In this document: positions 1 to 10,308 of the stretch, piece after piece | Position numbering within the stretch: position 1 is the first letter of the stretch | Layout: each line of letters opens with the position of its first letter | Origin: Acidobacteriota bacterium | GTDB lineage: Bacteria; Acidobacteriota; UBA6911; RPQK01; JAJDTT01 | NCBI GenBank assembly: GCA_965263035.1 | Contig: OZ253580.1 | Span: 2,080,001 to 2,144,000 of the forward strand | DNA: 64,000 nt | Direction of reading: 5' to 3' | The notes under the pieces: model-generated | Databases searched by the model: none | Seen by the model: the letters and a program-made list of their open reading frames with translations, nothing else | What the model was told of the DNA's origin: nothing | Made by a program: the position numbers and the translations under genes

Positions 1-7
1 TGTTGCG

Positions 8-1699
8 GTGAAAGCCGACCGCCTGCTCGCGCTCTACGACCGCGTTGCGGACGCGCCGGACGCCGTTGGCCGCCTGCGCCGGTTCGTGCTGGATCTCGCC
101 GTGCGGGGGAAGCTCGTGGAGCAGGATCCGGCGGATGAACCGGCGTCGGAACTGCTGAAACGGATTGCGGCCGAAAAGGCGCGAATGGTGAAGGCGCGGG
201 AGATCAGAAAACCCCGCAATTTGTCGAACGGCGAGGACTTGGTGGCACCCTTCGAGATTCCGGCCACTTGGTGCTGGCGCCGCCTCGATACCATTGGAGC
301 AATCGTCGGTGGTGGCACACCATCTGCTGGCGATCCCAGGAACTTCTCGGAACCGGGAGAGGGTATCGCATGGCTAACACCGAAAGACCTCGGCGGTTAC
401 GGCAACCGATACATTGAACGCGGCAGCCGCGATCTATCGGCGAGAGGCTTGCATTCATCGTCGGCCACGCTCATGCCCGCAGGAACCGTCCTCTTTAGTA
501 GCCGTGCGCCGATTGGTTACGTGGCAATCGCGGCAAACCCAGTTGCGACGAATCAGGGGTTCAAATCCGTCATCCCGTATGTGTCTGATTGCTCTAGGTA
601 CGTCGCTTTGGCGATGCAGACATTCGCGCCTGAAATCGAGGTCAACGCGCCGGGCACGACATTCAAGGAGGTTTCAGGAAGGATCGTCTCCGGCGTGCCT
701 TTCCCGCTTCCACCCCTCACCGAGCAGCACCGTATTGTCGTCAAGTTCGACGAACTCGTGGCTCTTTGCGAGCGGCTGGGAGAAGCGCGCACCGCGCGTG
801 AGGACACCCGCGACCGGCTCACCAAGGCTAGTCTGACCCGTCTGAACGCACCCGACGTAGACGTGCCGACATTTCGTTCTCACGCACGTTTTGCCGTCGA
901 TGCCCTGCCCGCGCTGACCGCCCGTGCCGATCAGGTCAAGCACCTGCGCCAGACGATTCTCAACCTCGCCGTGCGGGGAAAGCTGGTGGAGCAGGATCCG
1001 AACGCCACTCCAGTAGGACCCCTATTGGCGCACCAGAGGATACCGATTTCGGATTCGAAATGGTTTGAAATCCCTGCGTCATGGGCTTGGGTAAGTGTCG
1101 GAGCGGTGGCCGAATCACGCCTGGGTAAAATGCTCGACAAAGCCAAGAACACAGGCAGCCCGCGAAGATACCTGAGAAATGCCAACGTCAGATGGTTCGA
1201 TTTCGATCTGTCGGACGTTCTGGAAATGAGATTCGAAGACACGGAGCTTCCGGAGTTTTCGCTCCGACCGGGGGACGTGCTGATTTGCGAGGGGGGCGAA
1301 CCAGGTCGAGCTGCCGTATGGGATGAGCGCGAGGACGACATCTACTTTCAAAAGGCGATTCACAGAGTTCGTTTCTTGGACATCGTAGATGGTCAGTACT
1401 TCGTGGACGCGCTTCGATCCAGTGCCGATGATGGGCGGTTAGCAGAGTATTTCACTGGGACCACAATTAAACACTTCACGGGCACGGCCTTACGGGCGTA
1501 TGTGTTCCCGCTGCCACCCGTTGCTGAGCAGCGCCAAATCGTCGCCAAGGTCGATGAACTCATGGCGCTCTGCGATCGTATGGAGGCCGGTCTCGCTGCC
1601 GAAAATGGCACCCGCGGTCGCCTTCTCGAATCCCTTCTTCATGACGCGCTGGCATTCGCCACATGCGAAGCTGGGACCACCAAGAGGTTTGAGGGATGA
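8..1699 (+). CDS. hsdS: Type I restriction-modification specificity subunit
   Basis: Two TRDs, each followed by PLPP(L/V)xEQxxIVxKxDEL; repeated LAVRGKLVEQDP conserved regions. Confidence 0.93.
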   Translation: MKADRLLALYDRVADAPDAVGRLRRFVLDLAVRGKLVEQDPADEPASELLKRIAAEKARMVKAREIRKPRNLSNGEDLVAPFEIPATWCWRRLDTIGAIVGGGTPSAGDPRNFSEPGEGIAWLTPKDLGGYGNRYIERGSRDLSARGLHSSSATLMPAGTVLFSSRAPIGYVAIAANPVATNQGFKSVIPYVSDCSRYVALAMQTFAPEIEVNAPGTTFKEVSGRIVSGVPFPLPPLTEQHRIVVKFDELVALCERLGEARTAREDTRDRLTKASLTRLNAPDVDVPTFRSHARFAVDALPALTARADQVKHLRQTILNLAVRGKLVEQDPNATPVGPLLAHQRIPISDSKWFEIPASWAWVSVGAVAESRLGKMLDKAKNTGSPRRYLRNANVRWFDFDLSDVLEMRFEDTELPEFSLRPGDVLICEGGEPGRAAVWDEREDDIYFQKAIHRVRFLDIVDGQYFVDALRSSADDGRLAEYFTGTTIKHFTGTALRAYVFPLPPVAEQRQIVAKVDELMALCDRMEAGLAAENGTRGRLLESLLHDALAFATCEAGTTKRFEG

Positions 1700-1808
1700 A
1701 GTACTTGGCCCGGGAGGGCACGGAGGGGACACACTCTAACCAGGAGCTTGACTACTGCGGTGCGCCCCACGTCCGGCCCAGCCGGGATGGTGTCGCGAGG
1801 ATAAGGCC

Positions 1809-2957
1809 ATGATCCGCGTCCCGGTGCCCCCCGAGATGCTTCGCTGGGCCTGCGAACGTGCTGGCCACGACGTGGCGCACGTTGCGGAGCGCATGCCGCA
1901 GCTTCGGGCTTGGGTCCGGCGCGAGAGACAACCGACGCTGAAGCAGCTGGAGAACCTAGCCAAACTCACGCATACGCCCTTCGGCTACCTGTTTCTGCCC
2001 GAGCCTCCCGACGAGCGCCTCCCGGTTCCTGACTATCGCACCGTGGCGGGCTCCGCCGCAGCCAAGCCGAGCCCCAACCTGCTGGACACGCTGTACACGA
2101 TGCAACGCCGACAGATTTGGCTGCGGGAGTCCCTCGTCGAGAACGAGGCGGAACCACTGCCCTTCGTGGCAAGCGCCAGGCTTGCCGATGAGTCGGGCGA
2201 TGTGGGGCGGGAAATGCGACGGGCGCTCGGCCTCGATGGTGGATGGGCCGCGGGAGTCCGCAATTGGCAGGACGGGGTGAGCGAGCTTCGTCGTGCGATC
2301 GAGCAACTGGGTGTGATGGCGGTGATCAACGGTGTGGTGGGGAACAATACCCATCGGCGGCTGAGCGTGGAGGAGTTTCGCGGCTTCGCGCTCACCGATC
2401 CCTACGCGCCGCTGATCTTCGTGAACGGCGCGGATGCGAAGTCGGCGCAGATGTTCACGCTCGCTCACGAGCTGGCGCACATCTGGCTCGGCACGGAGGG
2501 GCTTTCGGGCTTTGAAGCCCTACTCCCCGGCGGTACGGACGTGGAGGACTGGTGCAACCGGGCCGCGGCGGAGCTCCTCGCACCAGCACAGGAGCTCAGA
2601 GCGCGCTGGAGGGAAGTCAGGCGGGAGGCGAGCCCCTTCGAGGCGCTCGCCCGGGCGTTCAAGGTGAGCCCCGTGGTCGCCGCCCGGCGAGCTCTCGACC
2701 TGAATCTCGTTGACCGAAGCGCCTTCTTCAATTTTTACGAGCGCTACGTCAATCAAGAACGCAAGGGGGGGACGAAGCCGAGCGGGGGAGACTTCTACAA
2801 CAACCAGAACACGCGTGTCGGCGAGCTGTTTGCGATCCAGGTTCTGCGCGGAGCGATGGAGGGCCGGATCGGATTTAAGGAAGCCTATGATCTCACAGGG
2901 CTGCGTGGTGGAACCTTCCAGAAGTACGCTAGGAGGCTGGGGATGGATCTCCCATGA
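1809..2957 (+). CDS. XRE-HTH + ImmA/IrrE family metallo-endopeptidase
   Basis: N-terminal HTH (PTLKQLENLAK); FTLAHELAHIW HExxH motif. Confidence 0.9.
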   Translation: MIRVPVPPEMLRWACERAGHDVAHVAERMPQLRAWVRRERQPTLKQLENLAKLTHTPFGYLFLPEPPDERLPVPDYRTVAGSAAAKPSPNLLDTLYTMQRRQIWLRESLVENEAEPLPFVASARLADESGDVGREMRRALGLDGGWAAGVRNWQDGVSELRRAIEQLGVMAVINGVVGNNTHRRLSVEEFRGFALTDPYAPLIFVNGADAKSAQMFTLAHELAHIWLGTEGLSGFEALLPGGTDVEDWCNRAAAELLAPAQELRARWREVRREASPFEALARAFKVSPVVAARRALDLNLVDRSAFFNFYERYVNQERKGGTKPSGGDFYNNQNTRVGELFAIQVLRGAMEGRIGFKEAYDLTGLRGGTFQKYARRLGMDLP

Positions 2958-3478
2958 TGATGGATCGGACCTACCTCGTCGATTCGGATGTATTCATCAC
3001 GGCGAAGAACCTATATTACTCGTTCGACATCTGCCCCGGCTTTTGGAAGAGCGTGCTTCATCCCCACCGGGAGGGCCGAGTCTTCAGCGTCGACAGGGTT
3101 CGCGGCGAACTACTCGCGGGTCGCAAGACGGAGGATCTCGTCCGGTGGGTGAGGGACGAAGTCCCGGAAGGGTTCTTCGTCCCAGTGGACACCGACGTGG
3201 TGGTGAGTGCCTATACGGACGTCATGATGTGGGTTCAGCGCCATTCGAGGTATTTTGACCATGCAAGGGCGAAGTTCGCGACCGGTGCGGACGGTTGGCT
3301 CGTCGCCTACGCACAGGTTCACGGCACCACCGTCGTGACGAACGAGCAGAGTGCTCCGGGGTCCAGGAAGGAGATCAAGCTCCCCGACGTATGCGATCAG
3401 TTCGGAGTGCGGCGCGACAACACGTTCGCCATGCTTCGGGCACTAAACGTCCACTTCGATTGGGCGGGAGCGGGCTGA
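2954..3478 (+). CDS. DUF4411 family PIN-like protein
   Basis: YLVDSDVFI..YYSFDICPGFW, ADGWLVAYA, VVTNE, IKLPDVC motifs; overlaps the upstream ImmA/IrrE gene by 4 bp. Confidence 0.85.
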   Translation: MMMDRTYLVDSDVFITAKNLYYSFDICPGFWKSVLHPHREGRVFSVDRVRGELLAGRKTEDLVRWVRDEVPEGFFVPVDTDVVVSAYTDVMMWVQRHSRYFDHARAKFATGADGWLVAYAQVHGTTVVTNEQSAPGSRKEIKLPDVCDQFGVRRDNTFAMLRALNVHFDWAGAG

Positions 3479-3714
3479 GAGATCGTGTCATTTCGTGCTG
3501 CCTCGATCCGGGGCCCGCAGGTTGGTGGCGGCTTCCTCCGAACCTCGTCCGCGGGTTCAACCGAGAGCGTACTGCCCCTCGCTGCCGTCGCGTCGCTCCC
3601 CGACCCCCGAGATGCAGTCCAAGCAACTCCGTCCTCGCCACCCGCTCGAGGCCCCGCTGGCGGTACGACCGGACAGCGCGTGGGCCCGATTCGATCCGGG
3701 GGGATCGGTCATTC

Positions 3715-3930
3715 CCTAGAGAACTTGGAGTTCCGCAACCATATGCCACGGCTCTCCAAGGCCGACGCCCTGGGCTCGCTGATCGAGAAGGTCACCTCGC
3801 CCGAAGTCAACCTGAATCCGATCCTGGTGATGGCCACCGACGGCGCGGTCAAGCATCCTGGGCGCGATAACCACGGCATGGGCACGGTTTTCGAGGAGCT
3901 AATCCGGCACTCAAACCAGGAGAACCTCGA
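3715..3930 (+). pseudogene. Fragment of type I R-M methyltransferase (HsdM) N-terminal domain
   Basis: LENLEFRNHMPRLSKADALGSLIEK...DNHGMGTVFEELIR resembles HsdM_N; no methyltransferase motifs follow; boundaries approximate. Confidence 0.7.
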
Positions 3931-4083
3931 ATTGGAGTTCCCGCGTGGCGCGGGGAGGAAGTCCGTGGTTCTCCGATATCAAATCAATCAAAGGAGTGGA
4001 GGAATTGACGTGCACAGGAGTTACAACGACAACCTCATCCGAGAAGCTATCAACATGACCGCTACTAGGTCGGAGGCACGACG

Positions 4084-6111
4084 ATGAGACTGACTCATGT
4101 GCAGGTGCAGAACTATCGCTGTGTCCGTGACACAGGGTGGTTCGAAGTGGAACAGGCCAAGACGATTCTGGTGGGGCCGAACGAGGCGGGTAAGACTGCC
4201 GTGCTTGAGGCGCTTCAGCAGGTCAATCCCTCCGCAGGAGTGAAGGAGTTCGACGCTCTGCGCGACTACCCACGCAAGCTCTACAACGCCGACATCCAAT
4301 CGCAGAAGCGAGATCCCAGCGAGATTCCCGTCGCGTCCGCTCGGTTCACGCTTGAGCCGGACGACCTCGCTCGGCTACCCGAGGGGTTCTCTTCCACCAC
4401 GGAGTACGGCTGTACGCGGCACCTCAACAATGAGCTAACGCAGTGGCTCGAAGGCAGTCCGGAGCTGGTCGTGTTCAGCGAAGAGATTCGGAAGGACCTG
4501 GTGCGTCTTGCTACGCATGTCGACAAGCGTGCCGCCGAAAACGAAGCAAATGACGGGCAGGGGCTCCGCGCAGATCTCGACAATGTCATCGCTGACTGGC
4601 AGGTTGGGAAAACCACGATCGCTGGCAATCGTGCACCTGCGTTGAGGAACTGGCTCGACTCGGCCCTCGAGTTCGTCGACGAGAGCGATGTAGCCCAGGA
4701 TCAACTCCACACTCGCCTCCTCGGTTACACACGGATACCCGAGCAGCGCGACGCAGCCCTCGCAACGCTCAATAGTCGGCTGCCGGTATTCGTCTACTTC
4801 AACAACTATTCCCGGGTTCGTCCCAATATCCACCTGCGCCACTTCGCCAACCGCGTCGATCAGGGCCGCCTTGACGATGACCGCTATGACTACGGCAACC
4901 TGTGCTTGCTCAAGCTGCTTGGCTTCGACGCCCAGGAACTCGCTAATCTCGGAGACGCCTCTGATCCGGGTGAGGATCAAGAAGCATTCGAGCGATACCG
5001 TAGCCAACTCGACAAGCGCAGCTTCAAGCTCAACGCAGCCAGCGTTCGCCTCACCGGCGAAATCCGATCAATCTGGAACCCCGATCCGACTTGTGCTGAA
5101 TCCGATACGGTGCGGATACAGGCCGACGGCCAGTACCTCAAGGTGGTGGTCGAGGACGAACTTGGCGTTCAGATCGAAGTCGACCAGCGCTCCGCCGGAT
5201 TTCAATGGCTTCTGTCGTTCTTCGTTGTCTTCTTCGCCGAAGCCGAAGACGCTCACGCCAACGCCATCCTGCTGCTGGACGAGCCGGGGCTGAGCCTCCA
5301 TGGCCTCAAGCAGCGTGAATTCCGCCAGACCATCTCACGACTCGCCGAAGGCAACCAGACTATCTATACGACGCATTCGCCCTTCCTGGTCGGACCCGAG
5401 GAACTTGATTTGGTCCGCGTGGTGGAGATGACTGACCGCGACGACGGCACCAAGGTGCACACGACCGTCACTGCCAGCGACCCGGCCGCGCTTCTGCCCC
5501 TACAGGAAGCCCTTGGGTACGATCTCGCTCAGAGTCTGTTCACCCAGCAACGCAACCTGGTTCTGGAAGGCCTCACGGACTTCTGGTATTTCGAGGCCAC
5601 TGCGCAACTGTTGCGCGACGCCAACCTAGCCGACCTCAACCAGAAGATCGCTTTGCTCCCTGCGAAAACCGCGGGCAAGGTTGTGTACTTCGCCACGATC
5701 CTTCATGCCAACAATCTCAAGGTGGCCGCTCTGCTGGATTCCGATAACGCGGGCGACCAGGCTGCCAAACAGGAAACACTGATCCACACTCTCGGGAACA
5801 AGAGTATCCTCCGAACCGGGGATGTTTGCCCCGGCACGATCACCAAGCCCGAGATCGAGGATATCCTTCGCAACACGCTCGTTGCCATGGCCCAATCCGA
5901 GCTGGACTGGGATGTGACGGAAGTGGCCACCCAGCATCCCCAGCGACCGATAGTCGATATCTTCACGGCTGAGATAAGCGGCTTCTCCAAGTACCGACTC
6001 GCCAAGGCGTACCTTCGCTGGACGCGTGAGCACAGCGCCGCAGACCTCACAGAAGACGAACGCAGCTCATGGGTGAAACTCATCAAACGAGTGAATCGAG
6101 CGCTTAGGTAG
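4084..6111 (+). CDS. OLD-family ATP-dependent endonuclease (ABC ATPase + TOPRIM)
   Basis: Walker A GPNEAGKT, Walker B LLLDEPG, TTHSPF, TOPRIM LVLEGLTD and LLDSD. Confidence 0.88.
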   Translation: MRLTHVQVQNYRCVRDTGWFEVEQAKTILVGPNEAGKTAVLEALQQVNPSAGVKEFDALRDYPRKLYNADIQSQKRDPSEIPVASARFTLEPDDLARLPEGFSSTTEYGCTRHLNNELTQWLEGSPELVVFSEEIRKDLVRLATHVDKRAAENEANDGQGLRADLDNVIADWQVGKTTIAGNRAPALRNWLDSALEFVDESDVAQDQLHTRLLGYTRIPEQRDAALATLNSRLPVFVYFNNYSRVRPNIHLRHFANRVDQGRLDDDRYDYGNLCLLKLLGFDAQELANLGDASDPGEDQEAFERYRSQLDKRSFKLNAASVRLTGEIRSIWNPDPTCAESDTVRIQADGQYLKVVVEDELGVQIEVDQRSAGFQWLLSFFVVFFAEAEDAHANAILLLDEPGLSLHGLKQREFRQTISRLAEGNQTIYTTHSPFLVGPEELDLVRVVEMTDRDDGTKVHTTVTASDPAALLPLQEALGYDLAQSLFTQQRNLVLEGLTDFWYFEATAQLLRDANLADLNQKIALLPAKTAGKVVYFATILHANNLKVAALLDSDNAGDQAAKQETLIHTLGNKSILRTGDVCPGTITKPEIEDILRNTLVAMAQSELDWDVTEVATQHPQRPIVDIFTAEISGFSKYRLAKAYLRWTREHSAADLTEDERSSWVKLIKRVNRALR

Positions 6112-6122
6112 GAGGGTGCTAA

Positions 6123-6385
6123 GAAAGGCCTGATTAAGTCAGCGGCCCTCCCGATAATTCTTCCTTCGTCATTGAGTGGAGTGATCGAGGATGGAGCAGC
6201 AGACGTTCGCAGATCTGGAATACGAGGCCAAGAAGCGGGTGACCCGTCGGGAGAAGTTTCTGGCCCGGATGGAGCGGTTGATTCCGTGGGAGCCGTTGGA
6301 GGCACGGATTCGGCCCTTTTACCCGAAAGCGGGGCGGGGGCGACGTCCCTACCCGTTGGCGACGATGCTGCGCATCCACTGCGCA
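6123..6385 (+). mobile_element. IS5-family element, truncated 5' fragment
   Basis: End GAAAGGCCTGATTAAGTC; transposase N-terminus [38 protein letters not shown] breaks off; near-identical copy at 23029. Confidence 0.85.
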
Positions 6386-6519
6386 CACGCCACTACGGTC
6401 TGCGCTAAAATGGAGTGATCGGAGAAAAACTGACCCGCCAGAGCAGTGGAGCACCTCATAGTGCCCGTTTGCAGTAACCCCGCGCTATTCGGAGCACTCC
6501 CTCATCGTTTTTCGGGGAT

Positions 6520-6738
6520 GTGAAAGGTGATGTCGTGTTCAGGAAAGTAGTCGGCGCGTTCCGCGCCCCGAAGCGAATCCCATCCTCGACGGAAGAGTCT
6601 AAGCGGGCGATCGCCAGGGACGTGGTGCGACGCACCGCAACCGGGAACGTCCGTCTGCAACTCGGCAACTTTGTCACCAAGGAAGATCTGAACCGCCAAT
6701 ACGAGCGCGTTAAGACATTTCGGTTCATCGGTGACTGA
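6520..6738 (+). CDS. Small basic hypothetical protein
   Basis: 72-aa ORF overlapping the start of the next gene. Confidence 0.55.
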   Translation: MKGDVVFRKVVGAFRAPKRIPSSTEESKRAIARDVVRRTATGNVRLQLGNFVTKEDLNRQYERVKTFRFIGD

Positions 6739-7312
6739 TTCACACATCGCCGAGTTGCGACGCCTGTACGAGAAGGCAGACAGCTTCGCTCGTGAGGTTG
6801 GCGAGTTGCGTAGCGAGGTGCCGATACCCGCCATCAACGAGCTGCGGTACGTTGGCCACCACCTTCTACAGTCCATCGACGACGACGGAACGATCGACAT
6901 TGAGTCTCTCGGTAAGGCAAAGAGCCACTGTGAGCGGGCTATGTACGAGGCCGCCGAAGCCGGGATCATGTTCTGCCTAGACTCAATCAAGGACTTCGGA
7001 AAAGACTACAGCGACATCGTGATCAGCGAAGTGATTCAAGACTATCCCCAGCGACTAGCAAGGGTGCAACAGACCCTGGGTACGATCATCAAGGGAAGGT
7101 CCGACCGCGACTCAGTGGAGACTCACGTCGATGCGTACATGGAAGAGTTTTGCGTGGTGCGCGACACTCTCCGAGTGTGCGACGCGAGCAGGGATGACCT
7201 CAACGTCAAAAGAAAGCAACAGATCCGGGAGCATCGGCGATTCGTGACCCGCATGCTGGGTTTGCTCCTGGGCGTTCTCATCACCCTACTGGGCATTATT
7301 CTATCAACGTGA
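6731..7312 (+). CDS. Hypothetical helical protein with C-terminal TM helix (HEPN-like motif)
   Basis: NELRYVGHH motif; hydrophobic C-terminus LGLLLGVLITLLGIIL. Confidence 0.7.
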   Translation: MTDSHIAELRRLYEKADSFAREVGELRSEVPIPAINELRYVGHHLLQSIDDDGTIDIESLGKAKSHCERAMYEAAEAGIMFCLDSIKDFGKDYSDIVISEVIQDYPQRLARVQQTLGTIIKGRSDRDSVETHVDAYMEEFCVVRDTLRVCDASRDDLNVKRKQQIREHRRFVTRMLGLLLGVLITLLGIILST

Positions 7313-7353
7313 ATCCTAGCCGATCGCGCGTCCGGGATCCATGGACATGGCCG

Positions 7354-8337
7354 TCAGACGGAAATCCGTTCGACGAGGTTGCGGGAGACGCGCCTTCGGC
7401 GCCGGTCGTAGATCTGGGTGGTGCGGGGGTGGGCGTGACCGGCCAGGTACTGGACGTCCTCGAGCGGCACGTTCTGACTGAGGAGATCCGTGACCACCAG
7501 GACGCGGAACGAGTGGGGCGAGAGGATCTTCGGCAACCCGGACGCCCGCAGCCGGCGCTTGAGCATCTGCTGCACGGCGAGAGGCGACATCGCCCGATCG
7601 GTGAGCGGGCTGGAGCGTCGCTGCCCGGCCCGATACAGCGGCGAGGCCTGGGGCGCGTCCTCAAGCCCGGCCCCCTCGAGGTAGGCCGAGATCCACTCGT
7701 CGAGATCATGGCGCACCGGGATCTCCCGGACCTTTCCTCCTTTTTCCGCAAACTGCAGCGACCGGTGGTTGCCGTTGTCGCGAAGATCCTGCATCCGGAG
7801 CCGGCTGATGGCCCCGACCCGGGCGCCGGTGTAGATGAGCGTCCCGAGGACCGCCCGGTCCCGAAGACCGAACACACTATCCGTCTTGATGGAGGCGAGG
7901 AGTTGACGCGCTTGGGCGACACTCACCTCGGGCGTCCGGCCCTCCCCGAAGGGATGGCGCACCCCCCGGACCGACTGAAACGGATTCAACACCGCCGCGT
8001 GCCGGGCCACCAGGGTATCGAAGAAGTGGCGCAGTCCGGCGAGGGCCTGGTTCTGGGTGGGGGCGCCACCGGGAAGCTCGTCCAGGAACCGGCCGGCCAG
8101 GCCGGGCGTGACCTGGTGCAACTCCAGCCCCTCGTCCTCGCACCAGGTGAGGAACCGGCTGACCTGGCGGGCGTAGGCGGTTCGCGTATGGGGGTTGGAG
8201 ATCCGCGCGGAGAAGAACTCGTCCGCAGCGAGGCAGGCGCTCGCGCCGGCCCTCACGAGAATGTCCGGGAAGGCCCCTTGGAGGTCCTTTTCGTCCGGCG
8301 AATCGTCGGTTCTGAGGGCGAGGTCGGTGTCGCTCAT
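7354..8337 (-). CDS. Tyrosine recombinase (XerC/D-like, stand-alone)
   Basis: RDRA..YTGAR, EKGGK, HSFR, LAGHA..TTQIY catalytic residues; SAM-like N-domain. Confidence 0.93.
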   Translation of the reverse strand: MSDTDLALRTDDSPDEKDLQGAFPDILVRAGASACLAADEFFSARISNPHTRTAYARQVSRFLTWCEDEGLELHQVTPGLAGRFLDELPGGAPTQNQALAGLRHFFDTLVARHAAVLNPFQSVRGVRHPFGEGRTPEVSVAQARQLLASIKTDSVFGLRDRAVLGTLIYTGARVGAISRLRMQDLRDNGNHRSLQFAEKGGKVREIPVRHDLDEWISAYLEGAGLEDAPQASPLYRAGQRRSSPLTDRAMSPLAVQQMLKRRLRASGLPKILSPHSFRVLVVTDLLSQNVPLEDVQYLAGHAHPRTTQIYDRRRRRVSRNLVERISV

Positions 8338-8341
8338 AGTA

Positions 8342-8369
8342 GCTACGTATAATATCCTTTATCGTACTC
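8342..8369. other. dif-like 11-6-11 recombination site A
   Basis: GCTACGTATAA TATCCT TTATCGTACTC, 4 bp upstream of the recombinase ATG; 19-bp identical inverted copy at 38116-38134. Confidence 0.65.
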
Positions 8370-8573
8370 TAGCCCCCGCCCCTGACTCCCCCGTTCCCGG
8401 CGGCGGCCCCTTCTTTCTCAATCCGGTGATCCCATCGGGGTCAAAAACGAGCCCAAGACCCGATCCGCCGAGTCGGTGGCCCTTTCTACAATTCGGCCAG
8501 AAGGAATTCTCCCGCATCAGTCAATACTGTTGCAGGCGCTATCGTCTACCTGGAGGCCTCCAGGGACAAAATT

Positions 8574-8601
8574 ACCGCCGATAATTCTAGTTAACGGGTA
8601 C
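8574..8601. other. dif-like 11-6-11 site F overlapping the matrixin stop codon
   Basis: ACCGCCGATAA TTCTAG TTAACGGGTAC; right arm matches site E. Confidence 0.45.
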
Positions 8602-10308
8602 GGTGGAAAAAACACGCCCCGTGAACCGGAGCCCAATCATCGAAAAATCCGAATGGGCGGAGGACCGGACCTTCAGGAGATATACAATCCCCGAGACCGG
8701 AGGCGGAGAAATCAGCTCGTTGACGAATCCGGCTACGTTCGAGTGCGCCGCCACGGCCACGGATCCTGTGCCTACCGTACGACCCGCCGAGTCCTGCAAT
8801 GTGAGGTCATAAGTTCGCGAGAGATTCGTATTGTTCGCAATCGCCAGCCCGAGTTGAGCTCCGTCCCGACCGTCAACGATGATGCTATAGCTTGAGGACT
8901 CAACCTCCGTCGGAAACACCGTAGCTTCTGCGACCTTCGTTCCGAATTTGTCATAGGATGAATAGGTGAGTTGGCCGGATACAAGTGTGTCACAGTCTAC
9001 CGTTGCATAGCCGGTCTGGATTCGGCCAGTGCCCGTCGTTCTTGCCGACACGAAGCTACTGCCTGGAACGGTCACCGTGAACAAGGATGATCTTCCGTAA
9101 CCTCCAAAGTTCGCGTCCATGCCGTACAATTTCAGGCGGCAGATGGCGTCGCCACTCCTCGTGCGTGTCAGCGAAATCGTGGTTCGATAGAATGCGCCGT
9201 CGCTGAGAGCTCCAGTGGCAACCTGTGGGAATATCATGAGCGCGTTGTCATTGTTGGGAGGGAGAGGGGGATTCGCGGTTTCGAGGTTCCAGTTGAGGAC
9301 GATGTTGCCCGTTGCAGTTCCACTGCTGCCACTGAAACCGGCGACTCGAAACCTGTAGACTGTCCCCGCTGTCACGTCCAGGATCACACGGCTTTGCAGT
9401 CCGACGTCATCATCGCTTTCCGCAAGTGTCCTCAGCGCATTGACCCTCGTTCCCGTGTACACACCCAGAGTCGTGTCGAAACTGCTGGCCACCGTGTCAA
9501 CCGTCGCCGTCCCGCTCGAAATAGGGCGCCATTGCCACCACACTGACGAGGCCCCCTGGCCCGGTTCACCAGTCTCTACGGTGGCTCCGACGTTGCTGCC
9601 GATCGTCCTTCCCGTCGGCCCCGAAATCGCTAGTGCGTTCGAAAACATGTCGTTCGGCGGCCGGGTTTCTCCAGGCGGCGGCCGGGTTTCTCCGTATAGC
9701 TCGGCGACCCCGGCAATATCATCGACTTGTGGCGCTACGATGGTGCTTCCGAGGCGCTGGAATGTGGCCATGATGGCGGGGACATCGTCCTCGTGGTCCA
9801 GCCCAAGTGCATGGCCGAGTTCGTGTACGGCGAAACGGCGGAAGTCCACTACCCCCACCCAGTTGCCTGTCCCATACGGACCATCATAGACGTTCCAGGA
9901 ATACGCATTGTTGAAGTGAATATTTGATTGGAGCTTTCTTCCTTGCCTCGACCACCAAGTCGTATAAGCAACGATATTTTCACCAAAGGCATCACCACAA
10001 ACATCGCTCGCAAAACCCACTCCATTCTCAAAGTCTCCGGCGCTGGTTTGTGTCGGGAGGCCGTCACATGGATTCTCGAAAGTGTCGCGCCTTATCCTGA
10101 ATGCGAAAATGGTCGCGGCATTCCAGCGGCCCATCGCTTGCTCGAAGGCCGTATTCCACAAACCATCGGCCCCGGGTAGGTCCACGTTAAAGGTTGTAGT
10201 CGCGGAAGGCCACCTATGGTCGTGGAGGACATAGGCTTTGACCGCCGCCGCAAAGATGACGGCCAAACTCAACATCATCCACACTAGCAGTACAGACGGG
10301 CTCCTCAA
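8587..10308 (-). CDS. Secreted matrixin (M10)-family zinc metalloprotease with PPC-like and C-terminal beta domains
   Basis: Signal peptide; HELGHALGLDH; Met-turn AIM; PPNDxF...SVWWQW domain. Confidence 0.88.
   Translation of the reverse strand: MRSPSVLLVWMMLSLAVIFAAAVKAYVLHDHRWPSATTTFNVDLPGADGLWNTAFEQAMGRWNAATIFAFRIRRDTFENPCDGLPTQTSAGDFENGVGFASDVCGDAFGENIVAYTTWWSRQGRKLQSNIHFNNAYSWNVYDGPYGTGNWVGVVDFRRFAVHELGHALGLDHEDDVPAIMATFQRLGSTIVAPQVDDIAGVAELYGETRPPPGETRPPNDMFSNALAISGPTGRTIGSNVGATVETGEPGQGASSVWWQWRPISSGTATVDTVASSFDTTLGVYTGTRVNALRTLAESDDDVGLQSRVILDVTAGTVYRFRVAGFSGSSGTATGNIVLNWNLETANPPLPPNNDNALMIFPQVATGALSDGAFYRTTISLTRTRSGDAICRLKLYGMDANFGGYGRSSLFTVTVPGSSFVSARTTGTGRIQTGYATVDCDTLVSGQLTYSSYDKFGTKVAEATVFPTEVESSSYSIIVDGRDGAQLGLAIANNTNLSRTYDLTLQDSAGRTVGTGSVAVAAHSNVAGFVNELISPPPVSGIVYLLKVRSSAHSDFSMIGLRFTGRVFSTVPVN

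Noticed and set aside
7354-8337. Classical integron (IntI/attC)
   Set aside because: No IntI-specific insertion and no RYYYAAC..GTTRRRY attC sites recognised.
7309-8352. Long antisense ORFs (e.g. 7309-8352, 40537-42327, 46333-47952, 62048-63646)
   Set aside because: Shadow frames of well-supported genes in high-GC DNA; no motifs.
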